From contig JAKMXF010000050.1 in NCBI GenBank assembly GCA_024704765.1, positions 1-49,073 on the forward strand: a stretch of DNA of 49,073 nucleotides. Direction: 5' to 3'. The stretch comes from Oopsacas minuta. Taxonomy: Eukaryota > Animalia > Porifera. A program made the translations under genes and the position numbers. Positions within the stretch are counted from its first letter, which is position 1. The number at the start of each line of letters is the position of its first letter. Under the pieces are notes generated by a model. That model did no database searches. It saw only the letters and a list, made by a program, of their open reading frames with translations, and was not told where the DNA came from. Below, in pieces: positions 33,289-47,319 of the stretch.

Positions 33289-35083
33289 AATAGTTGAAGT
33301 AGAATTCTTGAAATAATTTAGTTGTTTGCTTTCAATTGTCTCAATGGCTATAATCTAGCTTATATACTACTGAGTGTGTAGACGCAAGAGCTCTCCTGTG
33401 TGAACGATACAACGTAATTGAATCCACTATATTCAACTAGTGACTAATAATAATTGCAATTTAGTCAGTACAACTTCTACTTGAAACCGGAGAATATGTT
33501 AGAGTTCTCTGAACCTAAATCAACAAATTGGACGAAGACAATTATGAAGTGTAATATAGCATTTAGAGCATTACATAACTTAATAAATGAAATTTATGAA
33601 GAATTGTCATATAAATATCGAGCACTTAAGGGCCAAGAAAAATGTTTACAATTAGCACATACGTTTACTATAATTAATTAGATCGATTGTTCGATGAAAA
33701 TGAAAACTAATCTTAGAGATAATTATATTAATTAGAAAACACATTGGAATTGCAAACCTCATTCATTTATATATACATAAGTTACCGTGCAAGTTGAATA
33801 TCAGCAAAAAAAGAACATTTCGTCGCCAAATACTCAATTTGAAAATTTGGAGGAGACAAACATAGTATAAGAAAAATGTATTTATTAAAGACATAGAGAG
33901 AACTTGGTTAGTACATAGCCAGCATAAGACGTACTCTCGAATAATATTAATTACTTTGCTCTGATATTTTTCATATCAGGTCCATTATATATGATGTCAA
34001 ATCTAATTTTCTGCCGAATGAACAGAATGTATTGATTTTAGTTCTGTTAGTACGCAGTATACAAAATTATGAATGGAACTCGGTTAACATTATTGTTATT
34101 ATCCAACGAAAATATTAATTCCAAATTATTCTCATAGAAGTATTCATACTGTGAAGACGGAAAGATGCTAGTACGTAATTTTAGTGATCAAACCAAGTTC
34201 TATAATACCCACACATCAATTAATGATTTAAAATATTTAAATATTAGCAAAATTGACATAATTATACCTGAATACTTCAGAAGTTGATGAATTGAATACG
34301 TAACCTCTTCAATTGACATTGCATAGCAAATGAAGTTCTAAACAAAACCGAGAGATATAGTAAACTAATGTAAATACGTATGTAGTATATTGATATGAAA
34401 TTTACCAATACAGTTAGAACGACCATTACTCAAGTCTTTTCGTCCAAATTAGGGATCTGTCCATGTTTTTTGTATATTCTTTGAGATTTCGTCATTTACT
34501 TTAGATATTGTATCGTGAGAACTGACAATGACATAAAGGAAAATTATTAAGCAGACTCCAGAGGCCCCCTGTATATGTAGGTTTACGATTCCTTGAGGCT
34601 ATATAGAGTCCACTTTTGAGGCTCAGCTGTTTCATAGTGGTGTTGCAGCCTGTTGGGTATTTATGGCTCGGAAAAGAACTAATTGGACAGACAATTTATC
34701 AATAATATTCCCTTTAATGTTTCCTTAGATAATTTTTTATACGTTTATCATCATGTACAAAAAAATATTTTATCTCAAGGCCTCACTATTAATATTGTAG
34801 AACTCTTATTGCAATCTGAAAATGCTCTCTTTAGTTCATGTTTGAACTTTAGTATATTGGCAAGATAATGAGCCGGAATTGAAAAAAAAAACTACTAATT
34901 ACAATCATTACATATAGATTCTATATAAAGAATATACACAGAAAAATAATACTTGAAATAAAACAATTTTAATTATACATATACTCATTTGATTAAAATT
35001 AAAGAAGCAGTCTAATCGACTGGCAATATTGCTTGGGAGTTCATTCATCAGGTAGACATTTGGGATAGAAGAGTGGACTTGTG

Positions 35084-38000
35084 TTAGCTTGAATCTGCTT
35101 GAGGTATAACCCATAAAATAATCTCTCGGTCTCTGCTCGAGCAGTAACGTAATCGTTCAACTGCGAATTGTAAGGGTTTCTAAACAATATTTATTAATAA
35201 ATATAAATAAATTAGGTCAACTCTTATGACAGAAAATATAGAAAAATTTGAAACTAAGTTATACTTGGAATATTATAAAAATACTATTCTCACGTCTTCC
35301 AAGGAGAAACTGTTAATACCAATGATCTCGTCTCCTCGTGTGATGTCACAGCGCTCTGCTGCACCTCCAGACATTATCTCTTTCACGAGGACAGGCAGGT
35401 TTCCAAATGGACTGTCAGCTCCTCCCACTAAGCTAAGTCCAACATACTTCATCTGAGAGAGATCTAATATCACTTTCCTGACAGATCTACAATGAAATAT
35501 TTATGAAATAATTAACTTCACTACTTGCAAAAGATGGCACTGAGAAGGCATTTTGTTAAATGTGTAGGTACTTTTATCAAAGATTACGTAATCTATAAGT
35601 AAGAATATTAGCTTACTGGGAGGAAAAATACTTGTTAGCCAATTGTTCGAAGTGACAACCTGAGTCCACCAGATCTCCTCCACAAGTGATACCCTCAACA
35701 CTGTTGGATAAATTGAGACGATCTTGTGAGTTCAGTGTATGGCTATAATTCTCTGACTGGTTAATGTCGAAGTCAGAATCTCTGTTTGGAGATAATGTGT
35801 CTCCAGAATTAATCAACTTCAAATCTCCATATGAAGAATCTTCTAGATAGAAACAAAGTAAGCAGAGTTTAATCAATTGTTTAATCAGTCTATAACCAAT
35901 TCGAATGACTACGGATAATAGGATTTATTCTGCCCATTTGAGGCTATTGTAACAGTGTTGAAATGTGAATACGTATGACTCAATAGTCGGATAATATATT
36001 TTAAACAGCAGAATAGAAATAGTCGAGTGATTGTAGGTAATTTCTCTGAATCTGAGATACGTAGTGAACAGGTTGGAAGAGATGGCAGAGGCCAAAGCAC
36101 GAGGACTGATAAGTGAGTGATAATTATTACAATATACCACCACTGTGTGAGTACATTCGTACAGTGTCCGTAGAAATAGCAGTGATAAGTAGAGAGTATG
36201 ATTTATTGAGAACTTTTGTAATAGCGGAGGGGGACAAGTAAAATTAGTAAAACAGCTTGGAAAGACATACAAACATACTGTATTGTTAATTAGTGGTTTG
36301 TTGTTATTGTAGAGTAGTAGAGGTACATCCGAAGATGTAGTCAAAAATACAGATACTGAACAAAAGTAACACCAAATAAATCTTGGCACAAAAGGCTATG
36401 CGATATTTATGACAACACGTATATTATTATCTCAATTGTTGTTTGCCTGTTTGTTTGTCCGTTGATATGTAAATCATTGTTGTTTTTATGAATATATAGT
36501 AAACAAATAAGCAAAATGTAAAAATTTACTTAGATACTTGCTCTCAACGGCTACAAAAGGGATTCGATCTTACAAAATAATTCAATAATATATATATCCA
36601 GAGAGCTTCGCGATTAAACCGCTACAGCTACGTGCATTACACCGCACTCCAGTGCTATTATGGAGCAATCAAATCCATAATGTACTGTCTATATAATATC
36701 AGCTGATTAAATACCATTGTTAGATCAATTGATTATATATCAAAGATTAGTACAAGTAGCATCTGCTAATGGGCAACAATTGTTCAGTGAAATATGCGAC
36801 GGATTAAAGACTAAAATAATCGTTCCACTTCGCGAGCGTAACATGGAAGAGAGGTTCACTAATTTATAAATTAGCTCTATTGGGTCATAATCAAGCCAGG
36901 CCAGAAGACCCCTGCCCCACCTGGATAAGGAGCCTATGAGTATCGATCATGATTCGATACACAATCTAATATTCCTAACACATATACATTTGGTTAGGAA
37001 TAAAAGGTATTCCATTTATCCCAAATGAGTATCAAAACAAAAGAAAGGGAGATAACTCCAAGAGGCCAAATGTTTCGAGGTGGAGGTTTGAATCAGAGCG
37101 ATATCTTTCAAAGTATCTGAGAAATGTGATAAATGTCCTCATTCATCCGATTTGAAGGTTTACCATTATGTGTAGACTGATATTCTATTTAGTTTATTCA
37201 TGCACAAGCTACGTAGTGCTTCGTATCCATTTGTAATGCCTACGTGATACTGTGATAAATTGATTGGTTTGAGAAGTGCATATGTTTAAATGCGATTCTG
37301 ACAACTTGATTAAATTAGGGGATTATAACACACTCACAAAGTTATACAGTACATATTACATAATTAATATACTGTAGTAATATGTTGGTTATAATGATAT
37401 GTGTCACTATACGAGTTCCTAAGGACTGATTTCAAGTTTATGAGAAACGTGTAATATCAGCTTATAATGATAAATAAACCTTTTAAGAGTAAAAGATTAG
37501 TTTATTCGTCACTTACCGGTAAAAGAGCTATCAGATAAGATGGATTTAATATCCTCATGATGGGCTAATAAGGGAACAAACTCAGGACTTAAGTTCCTAT
37601 CAGGAAAGTTGTTACTAGAATAGTGTTGAGATGATTCTAAATGCGTAATATTTTCCGTGTAAGTCAAGTCTGTGACGGAGTCAGTTTGATTACTATCATA
37701 ATCACTAGATGTGGGCAAGAAATACAGAGAATGCCTCGGCATCTTACAGATTGTATTCATAAATAGTTTTCGTGTTGGACTATCCGATTCAATTTTGTCT
37801 TTGGAATCATTTAGAGTATCAGCAGAGGAATATTTGTCCGCTTCGGGAATGAGATCGTAAGTTCTGCAGCGGGGTTTCCTAATAGCTAAAATAGGTGATC
37901 GTTATTCAAATACTGACATAAAGGCTTGATTAATAATAATTGTTGAACATATTAACTTACATTTGTTACGTCTTATTATCTTTTTGAGAGAAAACGTGAG

Positions 38001-38759
38001 TGGGAGAGTAGCCTCTGAGCATCTTCTGTTCAGAGATAACTTTGGCCTCATAGGTACATTTTTACTTTCTCCAGATGTAGATTGTTTTTGGTCTCTCTTT
38101 ACACATTCACTTTCTTCATTCCCATTTTGATTCGGTAAAGTTGTCTTAAGGATTGGCGGTAGATTGTCATATTTTTCTATTTGTGTGTCATTACTATCGT
38201 TAGTTTGAGGTACTGATTGAGTTACAGCACTATCAACCCTCTTATCATCGAAGAAATTGTCATTTGGTGTGACTGAGCGACGGAAGTGAGGGATGCTTTC
38301 CATGAGGCGTTTTTTCCTGTCAGCAATGGATAACTCTGGTAATTCTTCATCTTGAATATAAGGGGACCTCCCAAAACTTTGAGTACTGGTACTATTAGTA
38401 AGTATTTGATTTCTAACAAGGTGTAGTTTACAAGGTTTTCGGAGTATTGGCCATCCGTCGCAAAGATACGGATGTGTGGAGCTATTACGAGGAAGCAGTT
38501 GTGAAGTATATCTATTTCTCGAAGCTGATACAGTTTTGGAGCGGATGGGAGTTGATACCTTTTCAAAATCAGAATCAGAACGACTCTGCATTTGGGTCAT
38601 TGATTTCTGTTTGCAGTTTATCAATACATTCTGAGAAGAGTAGGAAACTGATTTGATATTAACATTGTAGTTATTTTTGCTTGAAGTGAATTTGGAACCT
38701 CTGCATAAGTATGGAAAATGAGATAAATAAATATGCAAATGGGTAGTTCCTGACGTCAT
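35084..38759 (-). CDS. Protein with a long Ser-rich disordered region and one C-terminal PDZ domain (5' end uncertain)
   Basis: Exons ~38759(or 38600)-37970, ~37885-37517, 35842-35632, ~35486-35292, ~35179-35084; spliced PDZ VRKVILDLSQMKYVGLSLVGGADSPFGNLPVLVKEIMSGGAAERCDITRGDEIIGINSFSLED|KPLQFAVERLR. Confidence 0.75.
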
Positions 38760-40822
38760 CAGTTAAGTTGAAAGTTTTGCAATTTTATAGACTGGATTAT
38801 TCAATTAGAACAAACTGGACATCGAAACCATTTATACATTAGACAACTCTATGTGCAGATTTTACCCATTATACAACAGCATCGAATATATACTTGCAAC
38901 CTGATCTACCTTTAGTTGATGAACCAGCGATGTGCAGAGGAATGGATAAGAAATGAAGAAGTAATGCTCACGAACATATTAAAGCAACACATATAATCCT
39001 AAACCTCTTATAATAAACAAATTCAAAGTAGGCTTTTATTACCACTTATAAAGAGTTCAATTATGCGATTATAACACCACAAAAATGTAACAATCTATGA
39101 TTGTGATAATAGTTAAATAATTGAATAAAATATTCAGCTTAAAAGCTGGAATTATGAATGCTAAAATTTTAGAAATCATTCGAAGAGAGACACGGAGAAC
39201 AGAATACTTGTATACTTAAATCAAGCTAATATTGTCATAATAAATATTTTGGTTTTAGGCGATGTATCATGTAGAGTCAACGAAGTTGAGCCACTAGACA
39301 ACCTTCTATAATTATTGATTAGTTTATCAGAAAACTGTCAATTCTTAAAACAGCTGAAGAGAACAAGTCAAATCTTACAACGAACACGAACAACAATTGA
39401 AACCTAATAAACCAAGTAAATTCGTTTTAGTGGTAGCTATTCATGTTAAATAATAAGTAAATGATTAATAGGTTTGTGAGGAAACCACAATTTCAGCCTC
39501 TTCAATGTCTTTCAATGAAAATAGTTCAGTTAATACGGGATGAGTACAAATTTCATCAATCCCGGGTGTTTTTATTAAATACTAATATTGAATACTGTAC
39601 AAGTATAATGTAGGACAGTTTAAGTAACAAATTAACTGGCCATTCAGACCCTACTCCGCGACCTCACCAAAATTTATAGCGACTCAAGCCACAATTTTGT
39701 GAGCTCTTAACTCCCCAAACAATATTCTAGATCCACTCAGTAATCGTAGTATATACTCTATTTCGCTATAAAAATTTTTGATATTTCAATTACTATAAAC
39801 TTGAGCTCCAAGAAACTAAATGAGCTAATATTTATAGGTAGAGCAAAGCCTGATTGGTTCATAAACATACTACAGTAACACAGAGAGTCTAAATTATGTA
39901 ATAGTTGAGTAATTGGCAATGTAAACCTCTGAATTAATCACCTGTATAAAATTCGTGACTTATGTAATGAGGTAATGACGTCAGTGCTAGCTCTCGAGAA
40001 ATATTGTCCTGTTCTTGTCTTTTACCCAAATATTCTGTTGAGCCATTGGATCCTAAGATTGAAAGTAAGTAGTACATAATGTAAATATAAGTAGGTACTC
40101 TAAGCTCCCAAGTATACTGCCCGCCCCTCTTAATTGGAAAATTATTTCACTTGACGTAATTGTTCCAACCAAGTGTATTCGATACACACAAGCAGTGGGC
40201 GAAACGAGCATTGCATTGAGGTTGAGGAGGTAATTGCCTCTTCGCTAATGGGCTTGTCGCTTCACCTCCCTATTCTCATTGTCTCATTTATCGAGGCAAG
40301 ATATATGCTCTTCCGTGCCTCCTTAAAGTCACGCCCCAGGATAGTGATTTCAACAAACAGTTATATTATCCACAGTCGTGAATAAGTAAGTTACCCTCAG
40401 TGGATTATACACAACAATTATGTATATCAAAAAGGAGGATAAATGATCAACTTTCGTTAGTACAATTGGCTGAAAGGAATAATATGAAAAGAATCGCATT
40501 ACTTGTATGTTGGACTTTTATTTGGTGTGATTCTACACCATCAGAGTCCTTGTAGGTATTAATGGATTCTGTTAAAATAGCTGTCTGGTGTGTATCTCTG
40601 TCTAATTTGTCAAGAGACGAGTTTGGCACCGGAAGTTGATTATCTTTAGCACTAGCGCCTCCATCCATGTCCTGGAATAGGGAAAAATAATCCTTAATGT
40701 TAATTGGATAAATTAAGAAAATTTCCAATCAACAGAGTGGCACTTGATAGTGCAGCAAGCAGTCAGTTTCCTACTAAAAATAGCCTGAATACTTCGAAAA
40801 ATTTCTAACACCATTTTGAATA

Positions 40823-41058
40823 CCGTAAACTGGGGCTACTTTGGCCCACTGGGTTTGCTTTAGCCCAAATATGAAAGCTCCAAAGAAACTAGATTGGATT
40901 CAGCATTGTACTTGAAAATGACTTGCCAAATTTTTAACGAGTTTTCAAATATCAGCAGATAATTTCGAATACAAATACAATATCTATTCGATACGTAAGC
41001 AAATTTCAATATTTGGGCTAAAGCAAACCCAGAGGGCCAAAGTAGCCTCAGTTTACGG
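40823..41058. mobile_element. 236-bp MITE, pogo/Tc1-mariner-type
   Basis: ~50-bp TIR CCGTAAACTG(G/A)GGCTACTTTGGCCC(A/T)CTGGGTTTGCTTTAGCCCAAATAT with 2 mismatches; TA at 40821-40822 and 41059-41060. Confidence 0.92.
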
Positions 41059-42640
41059 TATGGTAAAACATAATTTTCGTCGCCAGATAATTCGTTATAT
41101 TATTATTAGTAACAAATAAATAATTATATCGTAATATACACCATGGAAAAAGATAACGGCTTACTTTGGACAGTACAGGCTTCTTCTTTGAACATTGCTT
41201 AACTCGGCGTTTTTGTAACTTGTAGCTGATTCCGTGCTTACTTCCTCCTACGCCCATCTCATAAAAGCAACTAATTAGACCAATGCAATGCATACAAATT
41301 GCATAGTTGGACAGAATATCCATTGCGTCAACTATTGAGTATACTTACAATAAATTCCCTATAAACATTTTGGGAAATGCTTCTTAGTATCCGAAAACGG
41401 ATGTAAAGCATCTTAATAAATATCAAATGGATTCGGGGATATACTCTTGATAAATATTTAGACATAATTGGCCAGAATTTGGGCAAATTTCAGAATACAG
41501 TGGCCTCGAAAATACGAACACCAATGGACGGGCAAAAGGTTATCCCTTGGTATGATAATGATCATATCAAGGGATAATGGGAAACTGAATAAATTTTAGA
41601 GGCTATGCCCCCCAAAATCATGTTGCTATTACGCCTATGAGTAATACCAATAGAATAACCATTGTATGGCCCTGATTTTGTGTAAGTAGTCGTTCGTCTT
41701 ACCCGGAAATTCGTATTAATGAGGTTCCTCTACATTCCTAAATAATTGGTGAAAAGAACGATTAAGAAAATTCAGTCATTAAGCAAAACGAACTAATATA
41801 GAATTTTAGAAATTACTTATATGGAAGAGACAATACACAGATTCAAGCCTAGCACAATAAATAGAACAGGTAGACATAAGATAAATGCATATATTTGTAG
41901 TAATCTTGAGAGAGCCTAGGATTACATCCTTGCCGCAACTGAAAAGAAACAGTCTGTTCATCAGATAGGGTGTTGGTAGAAAATGAATAGATATAGGTAA
42001 TTTGAGTTGTAAAGTAACCATATGAATGTACCGATTGTTTACACACAAGGCCCTGTAATGGGGTATTGTTTCGGCCAAACAAGGAATATTTGTAAGAATG
42101 ACGGTAGGCAACGTTTCATTATTAATTCGAAATATTTACAATGACTAGACATATTTAAAGGTAAATAATGGCCCTGTGATTCCTACAAAAATTTCAATCC
42201 CGTCTTATTCAAGTGTTGATTTAGGAGCGCCGTACGCTCCTCTAGGCGTATGATCTTGACGAAATCATATATAAGAAGTGAAAATTGAGGATCTATAACA
42301 TAACAGTAATTTAGTTATTTAGGCGTATGAAAATTTGAGAGGAGCCTGCTAAGAATAACCTGAATAATCCCTGGTGCTATTAGATTTTAGATTGTAAAAG
42401 ACGAAACACATTAGTGGTGGAAATAATCAAACAGTTGATAATCTAGATAGATTAATGTACAATAAATGTTACCATTCTTTCAACAAACAGATCCTAATTA
42501 ATTACCATATGGCATTGATAATTGATTATACATAATAAGCGATCTCATAATAAAGCACAAATAAATAATATCCAGAGAGAGAGTAAATCTAGCCTCAATA
42601 TCGAGATTGCCTATTTCGGAGGCATCAGTGGGAGTAGTGG

Positions 42641-43715
42641 TTAGTTAATGAGACATGAAATCAACAGGGTAGACATGGAGATAAGCAAGAAAATTAGGAA
42701 ATTTGCAGAGATAACTACAGCCAGTAATATCCAGTAGAAGAGAGAGAAAGTATGATCAACCAAGGATCTGCATCCCTTTTCACCATAGTAGTCATCACTG
42801 TTAACACTACAACTTGCAGTCTGAGATTCGCAGCATGAGAACGGTCGGAGATCAAAGTCAAGTTGTGCCTCAAGCCAGTTGCTGCCTAGATATAAATGGT
42901 AGGTGTCAATTTAGTGTGCTATTTATATTCGTATAGGATTCGGTCACAGTACTTACCTAAATAATCGTCTCCAGTATAGTATCCACAGCAAGTACCGGTA
43001 CGCTGGAGGGAATTGATAGATCCCGATACGATGGCAAAGGTAGGTTGCCCGTAGTTCTGGAGCAGAGAATCTTGATACATAGCTCCTAAATAAGACTATA
43101 GGGAGGAAATGGATAAAATGTATAGTTATAAGGATAAAATAATGTTAGCTAAAAAGGCAAAAATACTCACTCTTGAAAAGTAGAAAGAATCCCATTGTAA
43201 GGTTAGAGCAATTATCCCTGCTGAATAGAGCAGAGTTAGCGCTAGAGAGTAGAGAAGTAGAACAACTCTGGCCAGAAACTGTGATCTGGGATGTATAAAG
43301 AGACTGAGGATGCCACCCAAAATACCATGCAGAGCAAATACAAACATCATTGAACCACACACTATGAAAGTTATCAAAATAAATTCAGATTGTTCCTGAA
43401 AATAAAAAGGAAACTTTTCCTGAATAATATAGAGCCAAGTTGTGACGCCTATCACTGCCAACCCCATTAGCGCTGCTAAAACATTAACAAGCATGAGACA
43501 AACACCAAGAAATACACGATAAAATCCCTGATTTGCATACTTTTCTCTCCCATCGTAGATTTTCTGAAGGTGATAGATGTTGAGAATATAATAGTGAATA
43601 ATTGGTAAATATTGTTAGTAATTTATAGGAAATGAAACAATCAATCTTAGAGCGATAAGGAGGTGAGAACAATAACAACCTTTGTCTCTAGTCGTGAGAA
43701 ATCAAAGCAAACCAT
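42641..43715 (-). CDS. Second, divergent tetraspanin
   Basis: Three TM helices in ORF 43126-43494; exon 43095-42957 with GTCCG; last exon with PFSCC, C, GC and TM4, stop at 42643-42641. The first exon (ATG 43715) is tentative. Confidence 0.8.
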
Positions 43716-44495
43716 TGTCTCTTGGAAGTAATACATATTTTAGAATAGTAAGGACGAACAATAGATACTATTATCTCAGTCCTTGATCAATCGTTAAATA
43801 ACCAGAGGACTAAATGTTCTAATAAATTACAAAAATTAATTGCACATGTCTTAGAAAGACGGAAATATAATAGTATAAAATTATTACTGATCAAATGGTA
43901 TGGTTATACAACAGATAAATCAAATAGCAAGTTACCACTAAGCCCATCGTACCATCCAAGGTTATATTTAGTACAGAAGATAAAACAAATCAAAGAAGAA
44001 CTAATGAAAGATAATGGGATAATACAACGGGGAAATCAAAAGGTTTATGGATAGGGTGATCAGGTAACAGAGGTATTGAAACAGTAGAAAGCATTCTAAA
44101 GAAATTAAGTAATTAAACACCGCTAAAAATACCTACGTGTAATGAAAAACAAATTGATAGATTTATACGGGAAGGCCACAATTTTGTGCGTCATACTATA
44201 TTGGAAAATATTAGAAAAGTACATTAAAGTATTCGCCTGGTACGATCATGTGAACAAACTTGTAGTAGTAGTAGAAGTATTGTGTAATAGTATTCTATGA
44301 TTGGAATTCACCTTCCTAAAGGTAGAAGAGTACTCTGTCCGCCAATTTAAAATTAAAGGTTGCGACAAATGAAACCTAGAAGATAACAGAACACATTAGA
44401 ATTGAAAAACGAAAGTAATAGAACCCATATAAATACAAGGCAATGGGCTAAAGGGTCAGGAGGTTAATAAAACACTAATGAGCATATAAAGGCCA

Positions 44496-44876
44496 ATGCA
44501 AAAAAAAGGTAGTAGATTAATGGAAAACAAAATGAACAAACATGCACTTTTACCAATCGCGAAAGATGGCTTCACATATGAAAGTATGAGGGAAATGACA
44601 CTGATCGAAATAATCGACGAGATAAAACTTGCAACCAGAGGTCTCCTGGAAGTTAGATCAATTTACAACAGAGCGAGACTTACAAGTGCTGAGCGAGATA
44701 TGATGAAAAAATGTAGAAAAAGGGTAAGGACACGACTAGCAAAAAGGAATATTAGAAATCTGAAGCAAGAACAAGATTTCACTGAAATTAGAAAACTGAT
44801 GAAAGAAAGAGACGACCTAGTAACTGAAAAGAATAGCCTCATACAAGAAGTGACAACACTGAAAAGTACTTATTGA
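44496..44876 (+). CDS. Divergent CNC/Maf-like bZIP protein, intronless
   Basis: LTSAERDMMKKCRKRVRTRLAKRNIR resembles CNC LTxxQxxxIRDIRRRGKNKVAAQNCR; heptad zipper IRKLMKERDDLVTEKNSLIQEVTTLK follows. Confidence 0.6.
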   Translation: MQKKGSRLMENKMNKHALLPIAKDGFTYESMREMTLIEIIDEIKLATRGLLEVRSIYNRARLTSAERDMMKKCRKRVRTRLAKRNIRNLKQEQDFTEIRKLMKERDDLVTEKNSLIQEVTTLKSTY

Positions 44877-45528
44877 ATTGAATAAGATAAACTAATCACA
44901 GCTGCAAGCACAAAATTACACCATTTCAGAATAATTGATTTAATGTGCTCAATATATTGCTTAAATTACATTGCAAAATGAAAACATACATACAATAGAG
45001 CCTCGCTAATACGAACAGGGTCAAGGAGTAACTCTGGATAAGGAGTATGATTTTAGGCAGTCCTCCTGTGTACGTAATAACCACAGTCTACTGTAAAATA
45101 ACCCAATATAGTCTGGTTAGTTCACATAATTGTGGGGGTTAGAATTGTAATTTGAATATTTTTAAATATTTGGGAAACATAAAATTGAACGCTCCTAGAA
45201 TAGTCTTATGAATATCTATTTCAGAGTAGGAAATTACAAGGAAAGTTTTCAAGAAATTACGAGGGAGGTTTATACAGTTTCGAAGTAAATTAGAGCCACA
45301 AAATTGTGCAGAATCATTGCAAATGTCGAAAAACGCCATTAGCTATGTAACATATTGGAATCTATAAGAAATCCTACAACATTGGGCTAATATATACAGA
45401 ATTAGATCATACTATCATTTGCTATAGCCATCTAGATATTGCTTTACACACATTACAATGTACCAAGTACCATTAACCAATGTTAAACCATTTAGAAGAG
45501 GTTGCCAGGTTGAAAAAAGAAACCATCC

Positions 45529-45675
45529 CAGGGCGTAGGAACCGGGGCGGCAGGTGCGACGGTCGCCGCACCAATAATTTCCAATTTCTGGCATCACAGA
45601 TCTAGAGAGTGATGAATGCAGCGCCATTACAATATACCCAGCAGGATCAATTATTGCCCGCTACCTACGCCCCTG
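45529..45675. mobile_element. 147-bp MITE-like element
   Basis: Ends CAGGGCGTAGG / CCTACGCCCCTG; internal similarity to 26391-26542; no TSD identified. Confidence 0.7.
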
Positions 45676-47319
45676 AATCTATATACAAGCGTCCCACGAT
45701 TGCCCCATGTGCATTGAAAAAGGAATAATCAATATATTGCCGAGAACTTAAATGGAGTAAATTCACAATTATTTGAAAAGGTAATGCAATGCACACTAAG
45801 CAGGTGATAGAATTGAATTTTGATTGGATTATTAAGCTAGCTTGGCTTTGGCCGAGACTGCGGCATTTAAATTACACGTTTTTGGATAACAGTTCTTCTT
45901 CCTTGTCACTAGCAACTGTGGCCGTAATACTACCTGAAGTGTCTAAAGATTTACGTTGAAGGCCGCTGAAGTTCCTTTAAGCGCATGGAAATGCAGCTGG
46001 ATGTCACTAAATGGACGAACTAGCCTAGCCAGGAATCCCAGCTTCTATGCTCACCATGGAGAGACGGAAAGTATTTTTTGAAATACAATCATAACTTTTC
46101 ATTTACAGAATGAATACAACAGGGTGCACTTTACACAACTTTCGACTATTTATAGCCTTTTCAGCTGTCTTGTAGTAGAGTTTTGTTGTGATTTGGCGCC
46201 TAATTGTGCCGTAAGTCTCTACTGTGTCGTGAGTGTGTGTATGGATTATACATATACTGTGGATCTGTATTGTGAAATGTATTGTAGAATAGCTGTAGTG
46301 GATATTTCTATATCGGATTATTGTGTATTTTTCTATATAGGATTGCTGTAGTGTATATTTCTATGCATAGTTGCTTTTACAGTATATCTTTGTATGGTGT
46401 TTGCTTGTTATACATCGCTGTACTGTTTGTGCAGCATTGCTTTCTATGTAGTGTATATTTCCTTGTAAGGATGCTGAGCAGCTTAGTCGTACAGTGAGTT
46501 TAATTTTCTTGTGATATTCCTGATTGCTGATTATTGTTGTTGCTGTTGGAGATATTCTTTTCAGAATGTGTTTGAGGTTGAGGTAGAGGTCTTCAGATAT
46601 TGATGGCATGATTGTTGAGTGATTTACAAGAAGTTCTTGGCAGTCAGGGATTTGTTGCTTGTGAACCAGTTATTGTTTAATATCTTGTATGCATGTGATT
46701 GGATCCTATATCTTTATGGTGAAATAATGACAATATTCTTGCAGTAGCTAAATCAGAAGTGCTAACAGTGTCCTTATAAGGTAATGTTCCTATAATTATA
46801 ACGAAGGTCAAATAGGTATAAGAGAATATTCTAAAAATAATTAATCAGGGGCCTTATAGGTTCTCGCTCAGAAAAATTAATAGAGTATTCGAAGTAATAT
46901 ATTAATTAACCTATTTGTCAATGTTACAAATTGCACTGATAATTACAAGCATAGAATATTAATAATATCTCGGTAATAGTCCGTAAGGAATGAAGCTGAG
47001 TTTAATGGGATTCTAGCTGAGAACTTGTACGCCTGGGGGACGGATATGGATCTAGGTAATGAAGCCGCTGATGTGTCTGACTTGAGTTTGCCCGGTAAAT
47101 AAGTTACTTTTAATAGTTCAGATTGCAAATTAACAGAAGTGAAAAACATTAAACTTTCGTGTATTTATACACTTTTCAACTGTACTGTGGGTATTAGATT
47201 TCAGCTTTGGGAATGTGCCTGTAATTATGCCCATAAATTGCCTATTGATATGTGTCTGTATTGTGTCATGTGTGTGTGCATTATGTGTCTTCTGGTGAGC
47301 ATTGGAAGTAGTGCTGTGC

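Noticed and set aside
33454-33681. Short coiled-coil ORF resembling the N-terminus of paralog D
   Set aside because: Similarity is only compositional; no further exons found.
33900-34680. Possible transposase relic on the minus strand
   Set aside because: Many stops; no catalytic motif, TIR or TSD that I can support.
35925-36389. 154-aa minus-strand ORF
   Set aside because: Lies in a PDZ-gene intron, low-complexity composition, no motifs.
38751-39983. CRE palindromes TGACGTCA at 38751 and 39976
   Set aside because: 8-mers expected by chance (one also lies in CECR2 coding sequence); no TSS evidence.
38800-40730. Exon-like fragments (e.g. 40500-40680 minus, 40170-40380, 39470-39570 minus) as upstream PDZ-gene exons
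   Set aside because: Could not be joined in consistent phase without stops.
41050-42115. Overlapping minus-strand ORFs suggesting a decayed membrane-protein gene
   Set aside because: Fragmented and unrecognisable; evidence too weak.
43096-43175. Apparent fifth frameshift in tetraspanin 2
   Set aside because: The upstream acceptor (ctatAG, exon starting 43095) keeps the frame, so no indel is needed.
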